A stretch of 54,088 nucleotides of DNA from Chara braunii (GCA_003427395.1 BFEA01000034.1:3836394-3890481), one strand, 5' to 3'. Positions 24,189-34,481 are shown, counted from the first letter of the stretch. Translations and numbers: made by a program. Notes: generated by a model from the letters alone, not told the origin.

Positions 24189-24194
<6 letters not shown>

Positions 24195-24219
<25 letters not shown>

Positions 24220-25568
24220 CAAAAAGGAGTAATCATTCATTGCCACAATAGAGGGGAGGCCGGGAATCCTCCACATACAATCCGGAGTAACTTCATCGAA
24301 CCAGTCTGGGGCCATTACCCAGTGTTCAGGCTTGGGCGTTGGGAAGACGTCAAGAGACATATTGGTCAGTGCGAGACCGTTGCTCTGACTGATCCACAAC
24401 CCCAGTGAAAATAAACTAGTCCCTCCAGGCCTGAAAGCCAAACAAACCAAAAATTGTGGCACCCTAACTAGGAAAAATCACCTACCAGCTAAGAGGTGGG
24501 AGAAAACGTAAATCTCAAAGCAATTCGGATGTTGTAATCGCCCTAATTAAGAAATGAAGTAAAGCACCTACTACCTTAGTGCCCAAGAAGAAATGAAACT
24601 CTGCAAACTTACCTACGTTCTCCAGGGGTGGGGGAGGTAAGATTAAACATTCCACCTATTGTGTCGAATCCCCACCTAACAGTCGGTGGGTGTGGTCCCA
24701 TTGGACCTTCCTATTCTAATTTGACACTCCCTCCTGTCCTCTTGAGCCACAACCGCCTGCCCACTGCGGCAACGAACCGAGTGTCCTGGTAGGGACCGTT
24801 ATCCAGCTACGCTCAGTTTGTCTGGTAACTATTGTTCATAGTCTATCGGTCCGAGAGGGACCAATTGCCCAGCTCCAACTTACCTTCCATGAGATTCTAG
24901 CAAATTTGTTGTTGCTGCACCAAGTCTTCTGAAACCAGATTCTACCTGGGCTTGATGGGGTTCTGCCTTTCCTCCTCCAGTCCGCTTGTATCGATCTGCG
25001 CAGGTTGGTTCTGAACCGGTATCGGATCTCCTTGTTGCACAGTTCCTTCTTCTTAAAAACTCTGCAGTTTCTTTCATGCCAGATGACTTCTATGCCTGCT
25101 GCTCTAGCTGTTTGGGCTGCATACCCCCAACCTGTCTCAGTGCTGAGGTCTTCTGGGGTGCCCCCTAGCAGGACCCATTCTCTGGTCCAAGGGAGTAGCC
25201 GACCCGCCATTCGTTCCCATGTTTTCCGCCACCATTGCCAGATTCTGAGTGAAGCCGGGCAGTCCCACCACAGATGTGGTGTGGATTCAAAAGCCCATTG
25301 ACAACGACTGCAGGTTAGATCCAGTTGGACACCTCTTTGCGCTAGCCAAACTGATGAGGGAGTGGCCAAGAAGGACAGGAGCCATAAAAGAGCTGCCTGT
25401 CTTTGGTTGGGGACGAGTCCCAATTGTTCCCATCATTTAGAGATGGCTGTTCTGATCTCCTGTGGTGGGTTTTGCAGTACCTGTGTCCATCTGCCCACTG
25501 CTACGGCGAGCGGTTGTCTAGGGGGGCTACGTAGTCTGTACCCTACCTGAGCAGAGTAATTCAAGATG
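24195..25568 (-). mobile_element. 5'-truncated L1 copy D (zf-RVT end + 3' UTR + polyA) inserted antisense into the 3' end of LINE C
   Basis: PolyT 24195-24218; ORF CSRCQWAFESTPHLWWDC..IWHERNCRVF; TSD GGCCTCCCCC at 24184-24193 and 25569-25578. Confidence 0.9.
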
Positions 25569-26602
25569 GGCCTCCCCCTCTTTTGAGCATAATGGAATGA
25601 GCAGAGTCTTTTTTTTGTATAAAAAAAGAAAGGAAAAAAAGAAGACGCAATTGGCGAGTGTGTGTGTGCAGCTATATAGGCGATAGGCTGTTGTCCAGCA
25701 CTGTGCGGCGAGGCTCGTAGGTTAGGCTTCGTCTTTGACCGGGGCTGCGCATATCGTCGGTTCAATACAACACATCACGAACAGGGTGACACATCGGAGT
25801 GAAGCTCCGGTCGATGGCCATCTTGGACTATACAACTTGATAACGGGCAATCGAGTCATTTTCGCAAGAAACGCCTGCCGTGCTTGTCTGCCCCATTTCA
25901 GTGAGGCGAAGCCAAGGGAAAAATGGAAAACCTCGTTCGGTCTCTGTAATGTAATTAGGGCGCTGCAGCGCGATGCTGAAGTGGCAATGCCATCCGGGTG
26001 GCAAATGAGGCGTTGTCCACGAGCGTCCGGCGGACATGTCCGCCCCGCCAACATGGCCGAGTCACAGACGCTGGAATGTTTACCTCAACATCAATATGAT
26101 TTTGTCTGGTATATTGTTCTCTGATTAATCACCCTGCCGCTTTCTCCTGCCATATGTCCACGTCATCACCAGGTGGAGGCAAGAGAACATAACGATCGAC
26201 AGCGCCATATCGGGTTTTCTGCGTTTTCGCCGCTGTCCATGTGCTCTCTCTCTCTCCCTCCCGTTTTCGCTCTGGCGGTCGACCCCCCTCTCCCCCGCTC
26301 AGCTGTACCCTCCAACGCATACACGTACGCGCACTCACGGACGCACACAGACAGACAGCACCCACTCCAACAGCTTACCCAAGCACGCAACTCAACTGCC
26401 GGTGGTTTCTGTTGCTGCGCTCCCCTCCCCCTCCTCCCCCCCCCCAACCCTTGTTCCATACGTCGAAAGAACGGCAATGCGGTACGTGGTAGCCATATCT
26501 CTGAAAATCCCCTTCTCAAGGCGCTATTGAATCATCTAGCTACGGACGAACACATTCCCCCAGCCACACGCACAGCGGTGAAAAAGAGCGGGGAGCACAC
26601 AG

Positions 26603-26603
<1 letters not shown>

Positions 26604-26695
<92 letters not shown>

Positions 26696-26696
26696 N

Positions 26697-26765
<69 letters not shown>
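26604..26765 (+). repeat. (CA)n(GA)n compound microsatellite directly upstream of the start codon
   Basis: Ends 1-2 nt before ATG 26767. Confidence 0.95.
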
Positions 26766-26766
<1 letters not shown>

Positions 26767-29700
26767 ATGGAGTGGGGAGGGGCTGGACCTCCTTCGTACG
26801 GAGATTTCGGGAATAAGGAGGCATTGAGGCAACTGGTGGTGAATTTTTTGCTTCAGGAACAATATCTTTTAACTGCTTTTGAGTTGTTGCACGAGTTATT
26901 GGAGGATGGGCAGGCGTCGGCTGCGTCCAAGCTCCAGGATTTCTTCGCAGACCAGGAGACTTTCCCTCCGGATCAGTTGATGAACCTTCAGAGTCTTCAA
27001 GGTTTGGATTTGCAGAAGCTTGCTGATGAGAAGCAGGCGGCGGCGGAATTGGCCGCCGTCCGAGAGTACGAGCTTCGGATCGCCAAGGAGGATATAAAAA
27101 ATCTCGAGGAAAAATTGGCAAAGTTGGAGAAGAAGGTCATTGCCACGTTTCCGTCGGGGGGGGGGGGGGGGGGGGGGGGGGGGGTAATGATGACCTCGAC
27201 GGCGGCGGGCGCAGAGTCTTCAAAACCCGGGCTAGTCGTGGCGATTAATGGTGGTGTAGTGAGGAATAGGAACGCGGCACCCGCCAGCAGCCTAGACGAG
27301 GATACTTGTCCTCCTCCTCCTCCTCATCATGACCAACATCAGGGTGGTGCTGGTGGTGTTGTTGTTGTTGGAGAGCAGGAGAGAAGGGAGTTGAATCATG
27401 CAGTGAAGGACTACTTAGTTTCATCGGGCTACAAGCTGACGGCGATGACTTTCTGTGAAGAGGTGAGCGATCAGGAGTTCGATGACGGCCCATGTGGTGG
27501 TTATGGCGTAGGTGGCACGCGCGACTCTCTTCACCGGTATTACTCGTGCTATGTGATGGTCAGCAATGGGAGAGAGGAGGTGTTGCGAGAGTCGGTGGAG
27601 GAGAAGGAACAGAGGGATGCAAAAATAGCCCAGTTATCTGAGGAGATAGAGGGTCTGCAGCGGGAAATGCAGCGAAGGGCCGCGGAAGAACAAGAGAGGG
27701 AGAGACTTAGGGAAGAGGAAAGAGCTGTGGAGAGGGAAAGGGAGGCGGAGAGAGAGCGGGAGAGAGCGTTGGAGAGAGAGCGCGAAAGGCAGAGAGAGAT
27801 TGAGAGAGAGAGGGAAGAAGAGGAGAGGAAAAGGCGGGAAGCAGAGGACGTCAAGAACACAGAGGCCGTGGAGGAAACATCAGCCAAAGTTGGCCAACAA
27901 ACACGTGGTGGTGTTCCGTCTGGGCCAGCGGATGCATCGACGATGAGCGAATTGCAGCAACCCCAGGGGGAAGGTGCGGAGGAGGAGGAGGAGGAGGAGG
28001 AGGGAGAAGGGAAGGTCGTTAGCGATTCGACGAACGGCAGCGAGTTGAATCAGGCAACAGAAGAAGGAGGCAGCTCTTCTTCGAATGGCTTTCTCATCAT
28101 CCCGGAAGAAGGGGAAGACGTGTCCGAGTCTTCCTCGGATGCAATTGTTGATGATAGACGGGATACGAGGGCCTTGTCGGCGGTGTCAGACAGAAGCGAC
28201 GCGAGCGGGAGCAGCAATAGCTTAACTGGGGCAGAAGAGAAGCAGGCGCAGAGTAGTTATGGGGGGTCGGGATCAGAGAGTGGGGAATTGGAGACGACGA
28301 CGACGGCGGATTCGAGAGGAGAAGAGGAGCCGCCGCCGCTCACGCAACTACTAAAGGTTGACCTTGCCGTGCGGAATGTTCAGGAGCGCGGGGGAAAGGA
28401 AGAAGGGGAGGCGGATCGTGATCATCCTCCTGTTATGCAGCAACCCGCGATGGATGATGACGGCCATCCACGGTCGGCTGTTAGAGCTGATGATGATGAT
28501 GATGAGGAGGAGGAGGAGGAGGTGAGGAGGAGGCAGAAGGTTGCGACGACTACAGCAGCAGCAGCAGCAGCAGCTGAGGAAGAGATGAAGACCGTGAGAA
28601 TTATCGCGGAATCGCTGCCGAAAATTGTGCCCGCTGTGCTGATTGATAAGAGGGAGGAATTGCTACCGTTGATCATTGTCGCGATCGAGCGGCATCCGGA
28701 GTCGCAAGCTCGAGATGTCCTCACTCACGGACTGTTTAACCTAATTAAGAAACCAGACGAGCATCAGAGGAAGGTGATTATGAATGCATGCGTGCAATTA
28801 GCCGTGAGAATAGGCGAGCAGCGCACGGAAGAAGAGCTTCTTCCTCAGTGTTGGGAGCAGATCAACCACAAGTACCCCGAGAGACGATTGCTTGTCGCGC
28901 AATCGTGCGGAGACCTAGCCCAGTATGTCAGTCCGGAGATCCGAACTTCGCTAATCCTCTCGATTCTCCTTCAATTGACGGAAGATCCTGCGCCGCTGAT
29001 TCGAGAAGCGGCGGCAAGGAATCTTGCTCTGCTTTTGCCGCTCTTCGACACGCTGGAAAAGTACCCCAAGGTCGAGGAAATCGTGTTCAGACTGGTGGGG
29101 GACTCCACGGGGACTGTGGTGGACGTCGCCCTGGGAACGCTGGTGCCATCGGTCGTGTCCTGGTTGACACAGAGGGGAGGGTGCTTGTCCGTGCTGCTCC
29201 GCAGCCTTCTGTCGCGACTTGTCGTGTTGCCTGGCAGATGTCCTCCTTTCTCGGGTGTTGAAGGGTCTGTGGAATCTCAGCTTCGGGTTCTTGGGGAGAG
29301 AGAGAGGTGGGAAATCGACGTTCTACTGAGAATGCTGACGGAGATTCTGCCGCAGATGCGGAGCGAAGTGCTCGCCAAATTGCCGGTACTCGACTTCCCG
29401 GGCAGCGGCGGCAAGAAAGAGGTAGTCGGAAGAAAGGCGGTAGAGAGGGGGGAGGAGGAGGAGCAGGAGGGAGAAGAGGAAGGAAGGAGGAGAGGGAAGC
29501 TTAAAGGGGAAGACGATGTCGAGGAGGAGGAGGAGGAGGAGGAGGAGAGGAAGAAAGCAGGCGCGGCGGCAGGCACCAGCGGCAGCAAAGGAGCTCATGA
29601 TGATGATGCCGCGCAATTATCGTCGCGAGTATCTTTCACAAAAGCACTCCTCGTTGCATATACCAAGTCGGGGAAGTCCTGGCCGGAGTTTGAGAGCATT

Positions 29701-31173
29701 GCAAGAGATCTTCTCCCTGGATTAATCCAGGTGGCTTGCACTCTGCAACCCCGAGAAGACGGTTTGCGGCGGAGGATTTGCCAATTACTGCTGCTGATGG
29801 GCGATGTCTTCGGCCATCATTTCCTCGCCTTCGTTGTCCTCCCCACGTTTCTCGTCTCCTCCGGTCATTCCGCCGACACCTCGTACATGCCGGACTTCAT
29901 CTCTCAGCGAATCCAGTCTCTGAAGCCTTCCACTTCAGCAGGCGTTAAATTGGCCAGCGTATGTGTTCTGCCTCTGCTCTTGGCCGGCGTGTTAGGTTCC
30001 CCGCTGATGGAGCGCAAGTATCTTGCCTCCTTTCTGCGCGATCTAGTGCTCAACTCCAGTCTGAAGAACGGCGCATGGACGTCGTCTCACACCCCGGAAC
30101 TCATCAACGCTTTCAGCTTCGTCTGCACCTTCGACGAGCTGCAGACCTGTCTTCTTGGGGTGCTGTGGGAGCTTGTGATGAACCCTCATGCGGCTGTGCG
30201 AGTCACGGCTTCCATCTTGCTGAAGGAGATGGTGCCCAGCGTGGACAGCCGCACCATAGCTCAGCAGGTGTTGCCGGCCTTGGTAACCCTAGGCTCCGAC
30301 CCGAACGTGGAGGTGAAGTACTCCACCATCGGCGCACTGGGAGCGGTCGCGCAGCAGTGCAAAGATGAAGCGGTAGTGGACAAGGTGAGAGTACAGATAG
30401 ACTCGTTTCTGGAAGACGGATCGCATGAGGCGCTGGTGGGCGTGGTGAAGACGCTGACGGTGGCAATACCCTTCGCGACGCAGAGTATTCGAGAGTACCT
30501 GCTGCATAAGGTCTTGATCTTGGGTACGGTGAACCTGGGCAATGTAGGCGGGGTTTCCCGAAAAAGAGAGATGGTGGAGGCGCTCTGGCAAGCGGCGCGG
30601 GCGCTGAACGGGACGGAGATGTCGGCGCAGGCGGTGAAGGAATACTACCTGCCGGTCCTCAATTCCTTGGTTAGGGAGGGCGATCTCCTGGACCCCGGAA
30701 GCAGAGAAGAATTGGAGGGGTTGATGAGAGAGCGATCGGGGAATAAGTTCTTGGCAATAGGGAATGCGATGTCGACGACCTTGCAAAAGACCACGATGGG
30801 GACGATTTTCGGGGATGGAGGGTTGCTGGGAGGGGCAATGAAGAAGGACAATGGGGGGTCTGGAAATAATGGAGGAGGAGCAGCAGCAGGAGGTGGTGGG
30901 GTTGGGGGGGTGGGAGGAGGAAGTGGGGTAGGGGGAATGTATTCGCTCGGCATGATTGCGGGAGCAGGGGGGCCCGGAGGAGGTATGGACTTCGGTGACA
31001 GGGATGAACATTCTCTGCCCGTCGTCTCCCATTCCTACCCTCCTACCCCGCAGAATGTCGCACCTACGCCCCCTCCACAAGAGGAGGGGAGGTTGAAGCG
31101 CATGATGAGAACCAGATACGAAGATTTGCTTCGGCCTCGACTCAGATCCTCTCCCTCTATGAACGATAGATGA
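26767..31173 (+). CDS. RELCH: RAB11-binding LisH / coiled-coil / HEAT-repeat protein (RELCH/KIAA1468 homolog), single exon, 1468 aa
   Basis: N-terminal VVNFLLQEQYLLTAFELLHELLEDG; LisH-like ERRELNHAVKDYLVSSGYKLTAMTFCEEV; HEAT core LPKIVPAVLIDKREELLPLI..LFNLIKKPDE..ELLPQCWEQINHKYPERRLLVAQSCG; LPALVTLGSDPN. Uninterrupted ORF; the upstream in-frame extension is microsatellite. Confidence 0.93.
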   Translation: MEWGGAGPPSYGDFGNKEALRQLVVNFLLQEQYLLTAFELLHELLEDGQASAASKLQDFFADQETFPPDQLMNLQSLQGLDLQKLADEKQAAAELAAVREYELRIAKEDIKNLEEKLAKLEKKVIATFPSGGGGGGGGGVMMTSTAAGAESSKPGLVVAINGGVVRNRNAAPASSLDEDTCPPPPPHHDQHQGGAGGVVVVGEQERRELNHAVKDYLVSSGYKLTAMTFCEEVSDQEFDDGPCGGYGVGGTRDSLHRYYSCYVMVSNGREEVLRESVEEKEQRDAKIAQLSEEIEGLQREMQRRAAEEQERERLREEERAVEREREAERERERALERERERQREIEREREEEERKRREAEDVKNTEAVEETSAKVGQQTRGGVPSGPADASTMSELQQPQGEGAEEEEEEEEGEGKVVSDSTNGSELNQATEEGGSSSSNGFLIIPEEGEDVSESSSDAIVDDRRDTRALSAVSDRSDASGSSNSLTGAEEKQAQSSYGGSGSESGELETTTTADSRGEEEPPPLTQLLKVDLAVRNVQERGGKEEGEADRDHPPVMQQPAMDDDGHPRSAVRADDDDDEEEEEEVRRRQKVATTTAAAAAAAEEEMKTVRIIAESLPKIVPAVLIDKREELLPLIIVAIERHPESQARDVLTHGLFNLIKKPDEHQRKVIMNACVQLAVRIGEQRTEEELLPQCWEQINHKYPERRLLVAQSCGDLAQYVSPEIRTSLILSILLQLTEDPAPLIREAAARNLALLLPLFDTLEKYPKVEEIVFRLVGDSTGTVVDVALGTLVPSVVSWLTQRGGCLSVLLRSLLSRLVVLPGRCPPFSGVEGSVESQLRVLGERERWEIDVLLRMLTEILPQMRSEVLAKLPVLDFPGSGGKKEVVGRKAVERGEEEEQEGEEEGRRRGKLKGEDDVEEEEEEEEERKKAGAAAGTSGSKGAHDDDAAQLSSRVSFTKALLVAYTKSGKSWPEFESIARDLLPGLIQVACTLQPREDGLRRRICQLLLLMGDVFGHHFLAFVVLPTFLVSSGHSADTSYMPDFISQRIQSLKPSTSAGVKLASVCVLPLLLAGVLGSPLMERKYLASFLRDLVLNSSLKNGAWTSSHTPELINAFSFVCTFDELQTCLLGVLWELVMNPHAAVRVTASILLKEMVPSVDSRTIAQQVLPALVTLGSDPNVEVKYSTIGALGAVAQQCKDEAVVDKVRVQIDSFLEDGSHEALVGVVKTLTVAIPFATQSIREYLLHKVLILGTVNLGNVGGVSRKREMVEALWQAARALNGTEMSAQAVKEYYLPVLNSLVREGDLLDPGSREELEGLMRERSGNKFLAIGNAMSTTLQKTTMGTIFGDGGLLGGAMKKDNGGSGNNGGGAAAGGGGVGGVGGGSGVGGMYSLGMIAGAGGPGGGMDFGDRDEHSLPVVSHSYPPTPQNVAPTPPPQEEGRLKRMMRTRYEDLLRPRLRSSPSMNDR

Positions 31174-31849
31174 TGATGATGATGATGATGACATCCAATC
31201 CAATCAAAATCTAATCTACGCAGAGATTAAGCATTATCTCTGCTTTGTTACAGTAGATAGATATACAGCGTAATAAGGATCAAATTAGGTTTGTTCTTTT
31301 TTTAGATCATCATCATCATCATCATCGCCATCATCATTATTATTATCATCGTCGCCGTCGTCGTCATCGTGATGTCATCGGTGTCATCCTCATGATGCGC
31401 GTTCTTCACGTCCGGGGTGATTCATGCTGAACTCATGTCACAGTCGTGCTTAGTTTCAGTGGGTGTGCGAGTTTCCAGTTTTTTATTTTTGACCTTTTCG
31501 ATGTTTGTCTTTTGTTTCTCATTGTGGAGAGTGAATTTGTTTAGGAGCCAAAACCGACCGCTCTCCGGTTGTGGCCACGGAATAACTTCCAGTATAACGT
31601 TAAATAAAGAGATTTCGGATTTGAAAATCCATGATTGGTGGAGGCATCACAAAAAGAGCAAACCCGAATTGTTGTCCCGCTATCGAGTTGAGGATCAGAT
31701 AGGGTTTGTGGGTGATGATGTTGCTTCAGCGCAAGGTATGCTGGAGATGCAGGAGGGAGGGAGGGAGGGAGGGAGGGAGGGAGAGGGAGAGGGGAAGGAG
31801 AGGGAGGAGATTGTGTACAGAATAACAGTGTATTGTATTCTTCACTGCT

Positions 31850-32800
31850 GGTGGTCGGTGAACCAGGGTCGGTGAACCGTGATCGGTTCTCAGGACTCGT
31901 TTCTCCTGCACTACCTAGTGAAAAAGGCTCGGTCTTTCTAGCCGTGGTTGATGGTGGTTGACCATGGTTGGTCAGCGTGGTTTAGTTTATTGCAGTTGGG
32001 GGCAGCCTGAATTAACGGGTCGACATTGAACCTGACCAGGTTTATTGCAGTTGCTTGGCCGTTTGGTTGACTAACCGAGACCCGTTAATTCAGGCTGCGT
32101 TGGGTACCTGAACTTGGTTAACCAGGTATAACCAGGATTGGGAGGAGTTGGGTTGGTTAATGGAAAGGGTTACGTTACATTTGAACCAGGATTGGGAGGA
32201 GTAGGTCCGCTGAAGTGCCGGTTAACCAGAGGCTCGATTAACCCGTGGTCTCGAGTTGTCCAGGCCGGTTAACAGAGGCTGTGTCGTTGGTATCTGAACT
32301 TGGTTGTCCGGGTAACCAGGATTGGGTGTTGGTTGATCGCATGTAAACGTTTTATTAACCGGGAGGGGGAGGGGGAGGGGGAGGGGGAGTGGGTTGGCTG
32401 CTGAAGTGCGTGCGGTTTAACCAGGTTCGCTTAACCGCGGTTAGGTAAGCGAGGCGGGTTAATCGAGGAGGGCGGTGTAGGGTACCTGAATTTGGTTCGT
32501 CGGACAACAACCAGGATTGGGTGTTGGTTACTCGGAGGTATTCGTTTCAATCAGAGGTAGGTATGGCTGAAGTGTCGGTTAATCAGAGAGGCTTGGATGT
32601 TGTTGGTTGATTAAGGAGTTATGATAGATAACTGGCCTGGTCGGTATTGGTTTGCGGGAGTGGGTACTTACCCAGATCCCGCGGCCTGGCTAATGGAAGG
32701 TCGCATTGGGCTATATGTATGGGCCGTAGTTGGTTGATTTACTGGGGTTTGTTCAACTGAGGAGGTTGGTTAACCGGTGCTGGTTAACGTTGAGCTGCTT
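31850..32800. repeat. G/T-rich degenerate tandem array (~190-bp unit, ~3 copies) with GGTTAACC motifs, a 20-bp inverted repeat and a G-tract
   Basis: GGTA(C/T)CTGAA(C/T)TTGGTT at ~32103, 32289 and 32481; ACCAGGATTGGG x4; GCTGAAGTG x3; inverted repeat 32002-32021 / 32079-32098. Confidence 0.7.
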
Positions 32801-33559
32801 AGAGTCGTGTATGCTCAGTGTGACTAAGCTGTTGTCGTTGTTTTTGAAAGAAAAAGGGGGAAAAAAAGGGAACGGAGAAGAAAAGACGACGTCCTAACCT
32901 GTGAATTTAATTGAATTGTACTTACTTTTCTTCCTCCCCCCCCCCAAGAGGAAAATCGATGTTTTCGTAAACCTTCTTTTTTGTTTTTATAAACCGTCAG
33001 TACCCATGGAACCGGTAGGTAGGTGGGAGAATGGTTTTATTCTTCCGCCTAGTGGTACCTCGGTAATCGAGTTTTATTCTTCCACCTAGTGGTACCTGCG
33101 CGGATGCCTCGTGGTACCCGCGGCGATTACCGAGGCATCGACGTTGGAGAGGCCCGCTCACTTTGTGGAACCATTCGAGGAAGGCAGGCAGCTGCAAAGC
33201 AAGCTGCACCAGAGATGGTCCGCCGGACAGGTGGTGGACAATGCGATGTGAGGATGTGTGGCGGGTCAGTGCAAAATTGCAATTTTGTTTTTAATTGTTT
33301 TTTTGAAGCATGGTGCAATTCCCCTGCTGAGGAACCACACTGCAGAAGGGCTTACCATCCTGGAGAGCGGCCATAAGGTCCTCGTTCAGGACGGCTTGCC
33401 GGCGCCTGGGCGCTGCAATAGAGGCCGCCTGGGCACTGCAATCGAGGCCGGACTGCGCCTGTCTCTCCTTGCCAGTGCACACCATTGTCCCACAGTGTAG
33501 TCCTCCTTGCCAGTGCACACCATCGTCCCACAGTGTAGTCCAACAAGTAAAAGTTTTGA

Positions 33560-34481
33560 ATTGACTCCTGAATCTTCAGCTCCAGGCTAGGGGGTTGATA
33601 CGGACGTCTCTGAGGAGCACTCTATCAATCCAAGTTGGTATACGCGTGGACGTTTCCTTCACATTTCCCCCACCCAAATCTCGGGGGGCTGTTGTTCCAC
33701 ATGCTTTGGACTTTTCCTTTACCTTCCCCCCCCCCCCCCCCAGCATTATCACCTCCTCGTCACAAGCTTTAATTTGTCCGAATGCGGCTCACACCTCCTC
33801 CTTCCCCTTTCCACTCTTTTTGAAACCACTGGGCAGGATCTCCAGCATTTCCCATACTAGGTTATTTTCCGTTTCCTCTTCAAGTACATACCTACAATGT
33901 GCCCTGGGGGATCCAAACCTTTGGGGCCCTCAAAGAGACACGCCATTGCGGAGGAATGGTGTCTGTCATCCGTTGCCAGTGCTTTTCTGTTTCCGAAGTC
34001 CCGCCAGGTTGTTCCGTAATTTCTGTCACCGGTCTCCAAAGAGACAAAAGGAGAGAGGACCACAGGTCACCCACTTTGCCCCTCTGCGCATCAAAGCTTG
34101 CCCAAGTGTTCCTGTCATACAGTCTGCCGCAAGGGGGGGGGGGGGCGCTCTTGCTCTGCGATTGTCAAACAGCCTGAGATGTTGTGCCAGCACTCCTTCG
34201 CTCGTCGCTGGCGCTGGCTGCAGATCTGGGGGATGCTTCCCCCAGGGTCTCCTGACTGCCTTGTAGAATCCGGATTTCAGTTTCTTCTTCGTGAAAGAGT
34301 CCATGGAATAGCAGATCCATGTCCCCTCGTGGGCTATACGGCTCCATTCCCTCGCTAACATTCTCTCAGCCAGCACCACCCGGTCATCTTCCGGTTTGGC
34401 TGATGCTGGCGCCGGGATTAGAGCTGTGACTGCTTCTTGCTGGTCGTATCTGACAGACCCCGTCCGCCTTTATCTTCCTTC
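33560..34481 (-). mobile_element. L1 ORF2 fragment (post-RT region)
   Basis: KEDKGGRGLSD..VLAERMLAREW..WICYSMDSF aligns with RQEGGLGLLD..VLLAEQILSKEW..WVCIFIPF of LINE C. Confidence 0.75.

Larger units (their letters stand above)
16795..25640 (+). mobile_element. Full-length L1-clade LINE copy C with 13-bp TSD, containing two nested insertions
   Basis: TSD GAAGACGCAATTG at 16782-16794 and 25641-25653; A-rich tail 25621-25640; ORF1, ORF2 (APE, RT, zf-RVT) and 3' UTR in order. Confidence 0.93.

Noticed and set aside
26173-26766. 198-aa N-terminal extension of the 1666-aa ORF
   Set aside because: It begins at GTG, runs through (CA)n(GA)n and an N, and has no family similarity; homology starts just after ATG 26767.
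30289-31203. Antisense ORFs over RELCH and over the SLT1/FYD-like gene
   Set aside because: Shadow frames of GC-rich coding sequence with no recognisable motifs.
31168-31340. (GAT)n/(ATC)n fold-back in the RELCH 3' UTR as a miRNA precursor
   Set aside because: The complementarity comes only from simple trinucleotide repeats.
32100-32600. CRISPR-like array or hammerhead ribozyme array
   Set aside because: Repeats are degenerate with related spacers, the context is eukaryotic, no cas genes are present, and no CUGANGA/GAAA core in proper stems was found.
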